From Ancylobacter sp. (lineage in GTDB: Bacteria > Pseudomonadota > Alphaproteobacteria > Rhizobiales > Xanthobacteraceae), in the NCBI RefSeq assembly GCF_965229075.1, contig NZ_CBDDIO010000001.1, positions 1,104,674 to 1,168,673 of the forward strand: 64,000 nucleotides of DNA, in the 5' to 3' direction. How positions within the stretch are numbered: the first letter of the stretch is position 1; each line of letters opens with the position of its first letter. Made by a program: the position numbers and the translations under genes. The notes under the pieces are model-generated. The model was not told where the DNA came from and made no database searches. It was given only the letters and a program-made list of their open reading frames with translations. Of this stretch, positions 55,978 through 64,000 are shown piece by piece.

Positions 55978-57039
55978 ATGGCCATCTCGGCGCAGCAATT
56001 CGCGAGCGACAATTATGCCGGCATCTGCCCGGAAGCCTGGGCGGCGATGGCGCGCGCCAATGACGGCTCCTGCGTCGCCTATGGCGACGACGAATGGACC
56101 GCCCGCGCCGCCAACGCGTTTCGCGACCTGTTCGAGACCGATTGCGAGGTGTTCTTCGTCTTCAACGGCACGGCGGCGAACTCGCTGGCGCTGGCCTCGC
56201 TCTGCCAGTCCTATCACAGCGTGATCTGCGCGGCCTCCGCCCATGTCGAGACGGATGAATGCGGGGCGCCGGAATTCTTCTCCAACGGCTCGAAGCTGCT
56301 GGTGGCCCCGTCGAGTTCGACCAAGCTGACGCCGCAGACCATCCGCGCGCTGGCGACCAGCCGCTCCGACATCCACTTTCCCAAGGCGCGGGTGGTCACG
56401 CTCACCCAGCCGACCGAGACCGGGCTCGTCTATAGCCTGGACGAGATCACCGCGATCTCGGCGCTGTGCCGCGAACTCGGGCTCAAGCTGCACATGGACG
56501 GCGCCCGCTTCGCTCATGCCTGCGCCAGCCTGGGCTGCACACCGGCGGAAATGACATGGAAAAGCGGCGTGGACGTTCTGTGCTTCGGCGGCACCAAGAA
56601 CGGCATGGCGGTGGGGGAGGCGGTGATCTTCTTCGACCACGCGCTGGCGGCGGATTTCGACTATCGCTGCAAGCAGGCGGGCCAGCTCGCCTCCAAGATG
56701 CGCTTTCTCTCCGCCCCCTGGGTGGGGCTGCTGGAAAGCGGCGCCTGGCTCGCCAATGCCCGCCATGGCAATGGCTGCGCGGCGCGGCTCGCCAATGCCC
56801 TCAGCGGCTGCCCGGGCGTGGAGCTGCTGTTCCCGGTCGAGGCCAATTCCGTGTTTCTGAAGGCGCCAGAGCCGGTGCTGGAGGCGTTGCGGCAGCGCGG
56901 CTGGCGCTTCTACACCTTCATCGGCGGCGGTGCCCGGTTCATGTTCGCCTGGGACGCGCGGCTCGACCGGGTGGATGAACTCGCCGCCGACATCCGCGCG
57001 GCGGCGGCGCGTCACGTCGGGGCGAACGAGGCCCGCTAA
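55978..57039 (+). CDS. low-specificity threonine aldolase / beta-eliminating lyase family PLP enzyme
   Basis: It has FASDNYAG, FNGTAANSLA, HMDGARF and the FGGTKNG PLP-Lys block. Confidence 0.8.
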   Translation: MAISAQQFASDNYAGICPEAWAAMARANDGSCVAYGDDEWTARAANAFRDLFETDCEVFFVFNGTAANSLALASLCQSYHSVICAASAHVETDECGAPEFFSNGSKLLVAPSSSTKLTPQTIRALATSRSDIHFPKARVVTLTQPTETGLVYSLDEITAISALCRELGLKLHMDGARFAHACASLGCTPAEMTWKSGVDVLCFGGTKNGMAVGEAVIFFDHALAADFDYRCKQAGQLASKMRFLSAPWVGLLESGAWLANARHGNGCAARLANALSGCPGVELLFPVEANSVFLKAPEPVLEALRQRGWRFYTFIGGGARFMFAWDARLDRVDELAADIRAAAARHVGANEAR

Positions 57040-58355
57040 AGCAGCGGCTCTAGCCGGCGGGCGAGCGCGAGGAGTGCCGCGTCCGCGCCGGGCTTGCCCG
57101 TGAGCTGAAGCCCGACGGGCAGCCCGCTCTCGCGGCCGCAGGGCAAAGAGAGGCTGGGCGCGCCGGTGAGATTGGCATGGGTGAGGGTGAGGATTTCATC
57201 GTCGCCCTCGGCGCTGAGGGCGGGATCGGTGTCCGGCGCGACGAAGGGCACGGTCGGGCTGATGATGGCGTCGACCGCGTCGAACAGCGTCCCCAGCTCG
57301 GCAGTCCACTGCTCTTGCTGCCGCTTCGCATCGAGATAGCGCACGGCCGGCAGGACAAGCCCTGCCTCGATCTGCGCGGCGGTTCCCGGCGCATAGCCGG
57401 AGGCGGCGTCCCGGTAGGTCTGCGCATGCACCAGCGCCGCCTCGGGCAGCAGAATATCGAGCAGGGCGGCTGCCATTCGCTCCGGCGAGGGCAGGGCGAT
57501 ATCCACCATCGCCACGCCGGCACTTTTGAGCCGACCAAGGGCGGCATTGCCGGCCAGCCGCACCTGCGGACGCAGCGCCGGCGAATCCCATTGGCTGCGG
57601 CAGACGCCGAGACGAACCGGCGTCACCTCGCCGACGACGGCGGCTGGCGCGGGCGCCAGCGCGGCAAGGCCGAGCGCCACATCGGCGACGCTGCGGCCGA
57701 GCAGTCCGAGATGATCGAGGCTCGGCGACAGCGGATAGACGCCCTCCAGCGACAGCAGGCCGAAGCTCGGCTTCAACCCCACGATGCCGCAATAGGCCGC
57801 CGGCGCGCGCACCGAACCGCCCGTATCGGTTCCCAGCGCCAGAGGCACGATGCCGGCCGCGACCGCCGCCGCCGAGCCGCCGCTGGAGCCACCGGCGGTG
57901 CGGGAGGGATCGCACGGATTGTTGGTCTGGCCGAATGCCGGATGGGCGATGCCATAGGCGAATTCCAGGAGATTGGTCTTGCCGAAGAGGATCGCCCCCG
58001 CCTCCCGCAGGCGCCGCACGCAGTCCGCATCCCGGGCGGCGCGGCGCGGGGGCAGCGCCCGTGTGGCACAGCTCGTCTCCACCCCGGCCACGTCGATGAT
58101 GTCCTTGATGGCGACGGGAATGCCGTGAAGCGGGCCCTTGTCCTCACCCCGCGCCAGCGCGCGGCTGGCCTCGTCGGCCTGCCGCATCACCTCGTCGGTC
58201 ATCGGGTCGATGAAGGCGTTCAGCTTCGGCTCCCACTCGCTCAGCCGCGCCAATGCCTGCGCGCAGATATCGCGGGGGGTGAAGCGGCCGGCACGGTAGC
58301 CATCCGCCAGAGCGGTGACAGACAGGAGGGATAAGGGGTCGGCCATGTCGGGCAC
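57036..58355 (-). CDS. amidase (amidase-signature family)
   Basis: It has the amidase signature [14 protein letters not shown] and the KD..D block ([10 protein letters not shown]). 439 aa. Confidence 0.85.
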   Translation of the reverse strand: MPDMADPLSLLSVTALADGYRAGRFTPRDICAQALARLSEWEPKLNAFIDPMTDEVMRQADEASRALARGEDKGPLHGIPVAIKDIIDVAGVETSCATRALPPRRAARDADCVRRLREAGAILFGKTNLLEFAYGIAHPAFGQTNNPCDPSRTAGGSSGGSAAAVAAGIVPLALGTDTGGSVRAPAAYCGIVGLKPSFGLLSLEGVYPLSPSLDHLGLLGRSVADVALGLAALAPAPAAVVGEVTPVRLGVCRSQWDSPALRPQVRLAGNAALGRLKSAGVAMVDIALPSPERMAAALLDILLPEAALVHAQTYRDAASGYAPGTAAQIEAGLVLPAVRYLDAKRQQEQWTAELGTLFDAVDAIISPTVPFVAPDTDPALSAEGDDEILTLTHANLTGAPSLSLPCGRESGLPVGLQLTGKPGADAALLALARRLEPLL

Positions 58356-58553
58356 TCCGGCTGAATGCCGCCACAGCTAGGACCGTCCCTACAGGCGCGC
58401 AATGAGGACCGCAGTCACCAGGGACCGGCCCGGGTCCGGGGCAGCGGGGCGCCCGGTCACGGACGGACGGCGTCGCGCCGACATTGCTTAATGTCGCTAG
58501 GTCCATCAGCATCGACACATGGATCAACATGAGGCCCCGCAGGCTTCGCCGCC

Positions 58554-59381
58554 ATGGATGTCATCGTTTATCACAACCCGGAATGCGACACGTCGCGCAA
58601 CACGCTGGCGCTGATCCGCCATGCCGGCATCGAGCCGCATGTGATCGAGTACCTGAAATCGCCGCCGGCCTCCGCCCTGCTGGCGCAGCTGGCGGAGCGC
58701 ATGGGCTGGACGCTGCAGGCGCTGCTCCGCGAGCGGGGGACGCCCTTCCGGGACCTCGGGCTGGACGCGCCTGACGTAGACGACGCCGGGCGGCTCGCGG
58801 CCATCGCCGCCCATCCGATCCTGCTCAACCGGCCGATCGTGGTGACGCCGCTCGGCGTGAAGCTGTGCCGCCCGTCCGAGACGGTGCTGGACCTGCTGCC
58901 CATCGTCCCGCGCGCCGACCTCGACAAGGAGGATGGCAGCCCCTTCCTGCGCGACGAGCAGGTCGCTGCCGCAGAGCCGCGCCTTGCCAAGGCGCTGCGC
59001 CAAGCCGGCCTGCCGACCCAAGACCTGAGAGGCTCCCCCGGCCGCTTCTTCAGCTACCGGACCCTCGGCGGCTCGCTGGTGGGCTATGGCGGCTTCGAAT
59101 TGTATGGGGACGACGTGCTGCTGCGCTCGCTGCTGGTCACACCTGCCGCGCGCGGCAGGGGTGTGGGGCGCAGCATCGCCCTGCTGCTGATGAGCCGGGC
59201 CTTCGACATGGGCGCACGGCAGGCGTGGCTGCTGACCGACGGCGCCTCCGCCTTTTTCGAGCGCATCGGCTTCGCCGCCACGCCGCGCGCGCAGGCGCCA
59301 GAGGCCATCCGTCAGTCGCCGCAGGCGACGGCGCTTTGCCCCGCCTCAGCGCCGCTTCTCACCCGGCGAATCCAGCTCTGA
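58554..59381 (+). CDS. arsC: arsenate reductase (glutaredoxin-type ArsC) fused to a GNAT acetyltransferase (ArsN2-like)
   Basis: The N-terminal ~115 aa read MDVIVYHNPECDTSRNTL...ILLNRPIV, which is ArsC/Spx-fold arsenate reductase. The C-terminal ~150 aa carry a GNAT acetyl-CoA motif (LLVTPAARGRGVGRSI). Confidence 0.65.
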   Translation: MDVIVYHNPECDTSRNTLALIRHAGIEPHVIEYLKSPPASALLAQLAERMGWTLQALLRERGTPFRDLGLDAPDVDDAGRLAAIAAHPILLNRPIVVTPLGVKLCRPSETVLDLLPIVPRADLDKEDGSPFLRDEQVAAAEPRLAKALRQAGLPTQDLRGSPGRFFSYRTLGGSLVGYGGFELYGDDVLLRSLLVTPAARGRGVGRSIALLLMSRAFDMGARQAWLLTDGASAFFERIGFAATPRAQAPEAIRQSPQATALCPASAPLLTRRIQL

Positions 59382-59411
59382 GGCACCCGTTCGAACGGGA
59401 CGGGCGGCGCC

Positions 59412-60335
59412 TTAGGCCTTGCGCGGAAAGCGCGTGCGGAAATCGGCGGCGGTGGCGTAGGAGCGCTGCGTGCCGCGCCGCGTGATCGAATCCGCCGCAT
59501 AGGTCGCCGCCTCGCCCAGCGCCTCGAACACCGGCAGGCCCTGGGTGTGGAAATGGGCGAAGGCGCCGATGAAGGCGTCGCCAGCGCCGGTCGTGTCGAC
59601 CGGCTCCACCTTGACCGGGGCGACGCGGCGCACCTCGTCGCCCGACACCAGCAGCGCGCCGCGCCCGCCCATGGTCACCACCACCGTGCCGATGCCGCGC
59701 GCGGTGAGGGACTTCGCCGCCGCCTCCACCTGCGCCTCGGTCTCGACCGGCAGGCCGGTGAGAGTGGCGAGTTCGGTCTCATTCGGGGTGAGGAAGGCGA
59801 GGTCCGCCAGCCGCGTGACATCGAGATCCGGCAGGGCCGGCGCCGGGACCAGCAGGGTCGGCACGCCCCATTCCTTCGCCCGCCTCACCGTGTGGTAGAC
59901 GGTCTCGACCGGGATTTCGAGCTGCATCAGGATCAGCGCGCAGCCCGTGAGCAGATCGGCGGCGGCGTCAACATCGGCAGGCGCGAGGTGCGCATTGGCG
60001 CCCTTGACGATGAGGATCGAGTTCTCGCCCGAGGGCTCGACGAAGATCGGCGCCACGCCCGAGGGCGCGCCCGGCGTGCGCAGCACATGGGTGGTGTCGA
60101 TGCCGTTGCGGGTGAAATTGGCGAGGGTGGCGTCGGCGAAGGCGTCCTCGCCCACCCGCGTGACCATGACGACGGGGGAGCCCAGCCGCGCGGCGGCAAT
60201 GGCCTGGTTGGCCCCCTTGCCGCCATGGCCCATCTCGAAGCTCGGCGCCTCGACCGTCTCGCCGCGCAGCGGCATGTGGTCGACATAGGTGACGAGGTCC
60301 ATCATGTTGGACCCGACGACGGCGATCTTCGACAT
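59412..60335 (-). CDS. rbsK: ribokinase (PfkB family)
   Basis: It has GGKGANQA, the DTTGAGDAF ATP-binding motif, and a 307-aa ribokinase layout. Confidence 0.85.
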   Translation of the reverse strand: MSKIAVVGSNMMDLVTYVDHMPLRGETVEAPSFEMGHGGKGANQAIAAARLGSPVVMVTRVGEDAFADATLANFTRNGIDTTHVLRTPGAPSGVAPIFVEPSGENSILIVKGANAHLAPADVDAAADLLTGCALILMQLEIPVETVYHTVRRAKEWGVPTLLVPAPALPDLDVTRLADLAFLTPNETELATLTGLPVETEAQVEAAAKSLTARGIGTVVVTMGGRGALLVSGDEVRRVAPVKVEPVDTTGAGDAFIGAFAHFHTQGLPVFEALGEAATYAADSITRRGTQRSYATAADFRTRFPRKA

Positions 60336-60379
60336 CTCAACCTCTCCCGCCGTCCCCTGCCGGGACGGTCATTTCCGTT

Positions 60380-61456
60380 TCAACCGCCGAGCCCCGGCGC
60401 GAGCGCGGCGCATTCGGCCGCGTCGAGATGGCCAAGCTCGACGCTGTAGCGCGCCGTGGCACCGGCCTTCAGGCGGATGACATTGCCCTTGGCGGCCTCC
60501 GCCGCGTAGCCCTCGGGCTCGCAGGTGGCGGGGAGGGCGAACGCGCAGACCGACTGGTCGTGCCCGGCCAGAATCCAGCGCACGGTCTTGGGGAAGTCCG
60601 CCGCCCGGTAGCGGGCGAGGAAGGCGTCACCCTCCGGGCGGCGCAGCAGCATCGTCGTCGCGCCCTGCGCATCGGTGGCGAGACCGTTGAGATAGAACAC
60701 CTGCTCCGGGTCGAAGCCGTCCGCCTGGCGGATCACGCGGCTGCCGGAGGGGGCCGCCGCCAGCGCCTCGATGCGGGCGAGATAGGCCGGGTTCGGCGTG
60801 ACATGGGCCGGAACCGCCCGCCGGACGACGGTGTGCGCGGCGTCGAAGGGCGCCTGCTGCAGGATTTCGCCGCCCTCGACGAAGGCGTAGTTCACATGCG
60901 CCATATACATGAGGTCCATCGCGTCGCCGGCGGAGAGGTTGGTCACCTCCATCGCCATGTCGAAGCGGGCGTCAGCGGCGTGCAGCGTCACGCTCGGCCG
61001 GGCCATGTAATGGGCGCCGAAGCCCATCGCGTATTCATAGGCGCCGAACAGCCGCATCCACGGCCCGCGCGCGCCCGTGCCCACCTCGATGCCGGCACGG
61101 TCCATCGGCGCGCACGGCATCTCGCCATGGGCGGGATGGGTGTCGGTCGGGCCGGGCACGCCGTTGCGCAGCAGGCCGGAATGGAAGGCGAAGCAGCCAT
61201 AGGTTTCGGCGATGGTGCGCGCCGGGCGCGGCGCCCTGAACATGCTGCGCATGGTCAGGTCGACGCCGTCGAAAGCGGCGGACCAGATCATCTGCCCGAG
61301 ATAGGGCAGCACCACCAGCGCGCCACGTGCATTGGCGAGCCGGACCGCCTCCACCCCGGTTGGGTAGCGGAACAGGCTGGCGGTCAGGCCCTCATGCTCG
61401 ACAGCGAGCCGTTCCGTGTCGCCGAAGCTGCGGCGGTCGAGATGGATGCGGGTCAT
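60380..61456 (-). CDS. aldose-1-epimerase-like protein (DUF4432-type)
   Basis: The ATG at 61456 (MTRIHLDRRSF) overlaps the upstream permease stop (ATGA). It is a beta-sandwich mutarotase-like sequence with conserved His/Glu blocks. The family call is tentative. Confidence 0.5.
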   Translation of the reverse strand: MTRIHLDRRSFGDTERLAVEHEGLTASLFRYPTGVEAVRLANARGALVVLPYLGQMIWSAAFDGVDLTMRSMFRAPRPARTIAETYGCFAFHSGLLRNGVPGPTDTHPAHGEMPCAPMDRAGIEVGTGARGPWMRLFGAYEYAMGFGAHYMARPSVTLHAADARFDMAMEVTNLSAGDAMDLMYMAHVNYAFVEGGEILQQAPFDAAHTVVRRAVPAHVTPNPAYLARIEALAAAPSGSRVIRQADGFDPEQVFYLNGLATDAQGATTMLLRRPEGDAFLARYRAADFPKTVRWILAGHDQSVCAFALPATCEPEGYAAEAAKGNVIRLKAGATARYSVELGHLDAAECAALAPGLGG

Positions 61457-62466
61457 GCGCGGTTCCTGAAAGCGTTCAGCACCATGACGAGCAGCAGGAA
61501 GCCGCCCCAGATGAAGTCGATCAGATGGTTGGAGAAGCGCATCATCTGGAAGCCGGAGGCCAGCAGCATCAGCGCGATGACCGCGATGGAAATGCCGAGC
61601 ACCGTGCCCTTGCCGCCGGCGGGATTGGTGCCGCCGAGCACGCAGATGAGCACCGCCTGCAGCAGATACGACGTGCCGTAATCCGACTTCGCCGCATTGG
61701 TGCGGCCCGAGAGCATGATGCCCGCCAGCGCCGCCAGCGTGCCGCTCAGCATGTAGGAGGCCAGCACCATGCGGTCGCTCTTCAGCCCTGCGAACACCGC
61801 CGCGCGCGGGTTCGTGCCGATGAGAAACAGGTTGAGGCCGAAGGAGGTGCGCGTCAGCATCACCGCGATCACCATGGCGACGGCGACGAAGATCAGCAGC
61901 GGCACCGCGACGCCGAACAGCTTGCCATTGCCGATCAGCCCCCAATAGGCGGGGAAGCCGACAATGGCCGGCCCGCCGGTCAGCACCATGCACAGGCCGG
62001 TGAACACCTGGCCGGTGCCCAGCGTGGCGAGGATGGGGGTGATCTTTGCCCGCGTGATCAGCAACCCGTTCAGCGCGCCGGCGATCAGCCCGACGCCGAG
62101 CGCCAGCATCACCCCGGCGGCGACACGGGCGATCTCGCCCGCCGCGCCGGCCGTGGGATCTCCAGGGAACAGCTTGGTGAAGAACACCCCGGCGAGGATG
62201 CCGGCGAGATTGGCGATGCCGATCACCGACAGGTCGATGCCCCCGGTGAGCATGGCCAGCATCATGGCGATGGCGACGATGCCGAGCTCGGGGAAGATGA
62301 AGCTGATCGACTCGAAATTGTAGTAGCGCAGGAACTTTGTGGGTTCGAGCCAGCTCATCACCGCGAAGATGACGACCGTGATCAGAACCAGTTGTAGGAT
62401 GTTGTTGTCGCGGTTGATGAAGCGCGAAAGGTCGAGACGCTTTTCCATGGTGCCCATTCCCCTCAC
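61453..62466 (-). CDS. sugar ABC transporter permease (RbsC-type)
   Basis: 337-aa polytopic BPD_transp_2-type permease. Confidence 0.8.
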   Translation of the reverse strand: MRGMGTMEKRLDLSRFINRDNNILQLVLITVVIFAVMSWLEPTKFLRYYNFESISFIFPELGIVAIAMMLAMLTGGIDLSVIGIANLAGILAGVFFTKLFPGDPTAGAAGEIARVAAGVMLALGVGLIAGALNGLLITRAKITPILATLGTGQVFTGLCMVLTGGPAIVGFPAYWGLIGNGKLFGVAVPLLIFVAVAMVIAVMLTRTSFGLNLFLIGTNPRAAVFAGLKSDRMVLASYMLSGTLAALAGIMLSGRTNAAKSDYGTSYLLQAVLICVLGGTNPAGGKGTVLGISIAVIALMLLASGFQMMRFSNHLIDFIWGGFLLLVMVLNAFRNRA

Positions 62467-63434
62467 GCCAGCGTCTTGCGGTCGCGCCAGGCGGTGAGCG
62501 CGGTGGCGACGACGATGACGCCGCCGACGACCACGCCCTGCCAGGTATTGTCCACGCGCATGATGATGAGGCTGTTCTTGATCAGGACCAGCAGAAACAC
62601 GCCGAGCAGCGTGCCGAGCACCGAGCCGCGCCCGCCGAAGATCGACGCCCCGCCCAGCACGACGGCGGCGATCACGTCGAGCTCATAGCCGACGAAGTCG
62701 CGCGGATTGGCCAGCCAGATCATCGAGGCGTGCAGCAGGCCGGCGAAACCCGCCAGCGCGCCGGCGAGGCCATAGGCGACATAGACCGTGCGCCGGGTGT
62801 TGAAGCCGACGCGCTTGGCCGATTCCGCATCGTCGCCATAGGCGAAGATCGAGCGGCCGGTCATGGTGCGGCTGAGGAACCACCAGACCGCGCCGGCGAT
62901 GGCGAGATAGACGAACACCATCACCGAGAGCTTGGCGCCGCCAATCTCAACGCTGGACCGGCCGAAGGCGATCAGCGCCGGCGGCATGCGGTCGATATTG
63001 ACGATCGACGTGCCGACCAGCCCCAGCAGCAGGCCGCGAACCACCGAGGCGGAACCGAGCGTCACGATCAGCGGGATCATGCGGAAGGTGTGAATGAAGA
63101 AGGCGTTGGCGAGGCCGCAGATGAGCCCGATCAGCGTCGCACCGATGAAGGGCAGCAGCACACCCTCATGGCCATAGGCGTTCATCGCCAGCACGGTGAG
63201 ATACATGGCGGCGGCGGCGAAGGCCGGGAACGACACGTCGATGCCTCCGGAGATCATCACCACCAGCACGCTGAGCGCCATGATGCCGATGATGACATTG
63301 GCGCGCAGCAGGTTGAACAGATTGTCCGCCTGCCAGAAGGCGGGATTGATCAGCCCGATCACCACCATGATCGCGGCGACGATGAGGAAAACCGCCGTCT
63401 CGGAGCGGCGCATCAGCTTGGCGAGGGTCATCAT
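62463..63434 (-). CDS. sugar ABC transporter permease (RbsC-type)
   Basis: 323-aa polytopic permease whose start overlaps the ATPase stop. Confidence 0.8.
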   Translation of the reverse strand: MMTLAKLMRRSETAVFLIVAAIMVVIGLINPAFWQADNLFNLLRANVIIGIMALSVLVVMISGGIDVSFPAFAAAAMYLTVLAMNAYGHEGVLLPFIGATLIGLICGLANAFFIHTFRMIPLIVTLGSASVVRGLLLGLVGTSIVNIDRMPPALIAFGRSSVEIGGAKLSVMVFVYLAIAGAVWWFLSRTMTGRSIFAYGDDAESAKRVGFNTRRTVYVAYGLAGALAGFAGLLHASMIWLANPRDFVGYELDVIAAVVLGGASIFGGRGSVLGTLLGVFLLVLIKNSLIIMRVDNTWQGVVVGGVIVVATALTAWRDRKTLA

Positions 63435-64000
63435 CAGCGCAGCGTCTTCAAGCGGGAATGGATGTCGTCCTCCTCAAGGCCGCGCGGGTCGAGATCGTCG
63501 AGGATCGCGCCGCGGTGCATGAGGAGGATGCGGTTGCAATTGTGCAGAAGCTCCGGCACGTCGTCCGAGATCATCAGCACCGCCAGCCCGTCCTTGACCG
63601 CGAGTTCGCGGATGCGCCGGTGGATTTCGGCCTTGGAGCCGACATCGACGCCGACGGTGGGGCCGTTCAGGATCAGCACGCGCGGCCCGGTGAGCAGCCA
63701 GCGCCCGATGATGACGCGCTGCTGGTTGCCGCCGGAGAGCTTGCCGACCTCCTTCTCCACATCGGTGGTGGCGATCTTCATGTCGGCGACGGTGCGCTCG
63801 GCCAGCGCGGTCATGGCGTCGTCGGAGAGGAACGGCCCGCGCGTCGCCCGCTCGATGGCGCTCGCCACCACATTGCGGGCGATGGACTGACTCATGAACA
63901 GGCCTTCGGACAGCCGGTCCTCCGGCACATAGGCGATGCCGGCCTCCACCGCTTCCGGCACGCTGGCGAGGCGGAGCGGCCTGCCGTCGAGCAGCACCGT
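63434..64000 (-). CDS. sugar ABC transporter ATP-binding protein (C-terminal part; gene runs off the window)
   Basis: It shows the second cassette signature LSGGNQQRVIIGRWL and Walker B VLILNGPTVGVD. The ORF is still open at the window end. Confidence 0.8.
   Translation of the reverse strand, partial: TVLLDGRPLRLASVPEAVEAGIAYVPEDRLSEGLFMSQSIARNVVASAIERATRGPFLSDDAMTALAERTVADMKIATTDVEKEVGKLSGGNQQRVIIGRWLLTGPRVLILNGPTVGVDVGSKAEIHRRIRELAVKDGLAVLMISDDVPELLHNCNRILLMHRGAILDDLDPRGLEEDDIHSRLKTLR

Noticed and set aside
1-64000. CRISPR arrays, rRNA genes, transposases/IS elements and prophage structural modules
   Set aside because: I saw no regularly spaced direct repeats, no rRNA-like conserved blocks, no DDE/transposase or capsid/terminase/tail-like ORFs in any frame.

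Overview
This is a 64-kb window from a high-GC alphaproteobacterium. The gene content looks Hyphomicrobiales/Rhizobiales-like: recG-sdhE-mfd synteny, pcs, an IalB-family gene, and minCDE with a CtrA-type box. It falls into three parts. (1) 1-28.2 kb holds housekeeping and transport genes: recG, sdhE, mfd, a family-5 SBP, hspQ, an AEC transporter, a UbiH-family monooxygenase, pcs, qor, a BMP-family ABC transporter, an M20 deacylase, rimO and a LysR/SDR pair. (2) 28.2-45.4 kb is a ~17-kb island next to tRNA-Ser(UGA). It carries a large serine recombinase, a MOB relaxase with no T4SS (so mobilizable rather than conjugative) and an RHH protein. Its cargo is almost only nucleic-acid enzymes: a compositionally mosaic, AT-rich orphan PD-(D/E)xK nuclease / P-loop NTPase gene; a PUA-like/HNH endonuclease; and a tight co-directional cluster of OLD nuclease, UvrD helicase, PRTase-like/winged-helix protein and retron-type reverse transcriptase. 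A structured 166-nt spacer (candidate msr-msd) lies just upstream of the RT. This four-gene cluster is my top candidate for an undescribed composite defence system, and the orphan nuclease-NTPase is second. (3) 45.5-64 kb holds minCDE, a LuxR-type regulator, a PotABCD-like transporter with racemase/DUF917/hydantoinase-A-like/threonine-aldolase/amidase genes, an ArsC-GNAT fusion, ribokinase and a ribose-type ABC operon cut by the window end. I saw no rRNA, CRISPR array, transposase or phage structural genes. All functional calls come from reading motifs in the supplied translations and the DNA by eye. No database search or folding program was available.
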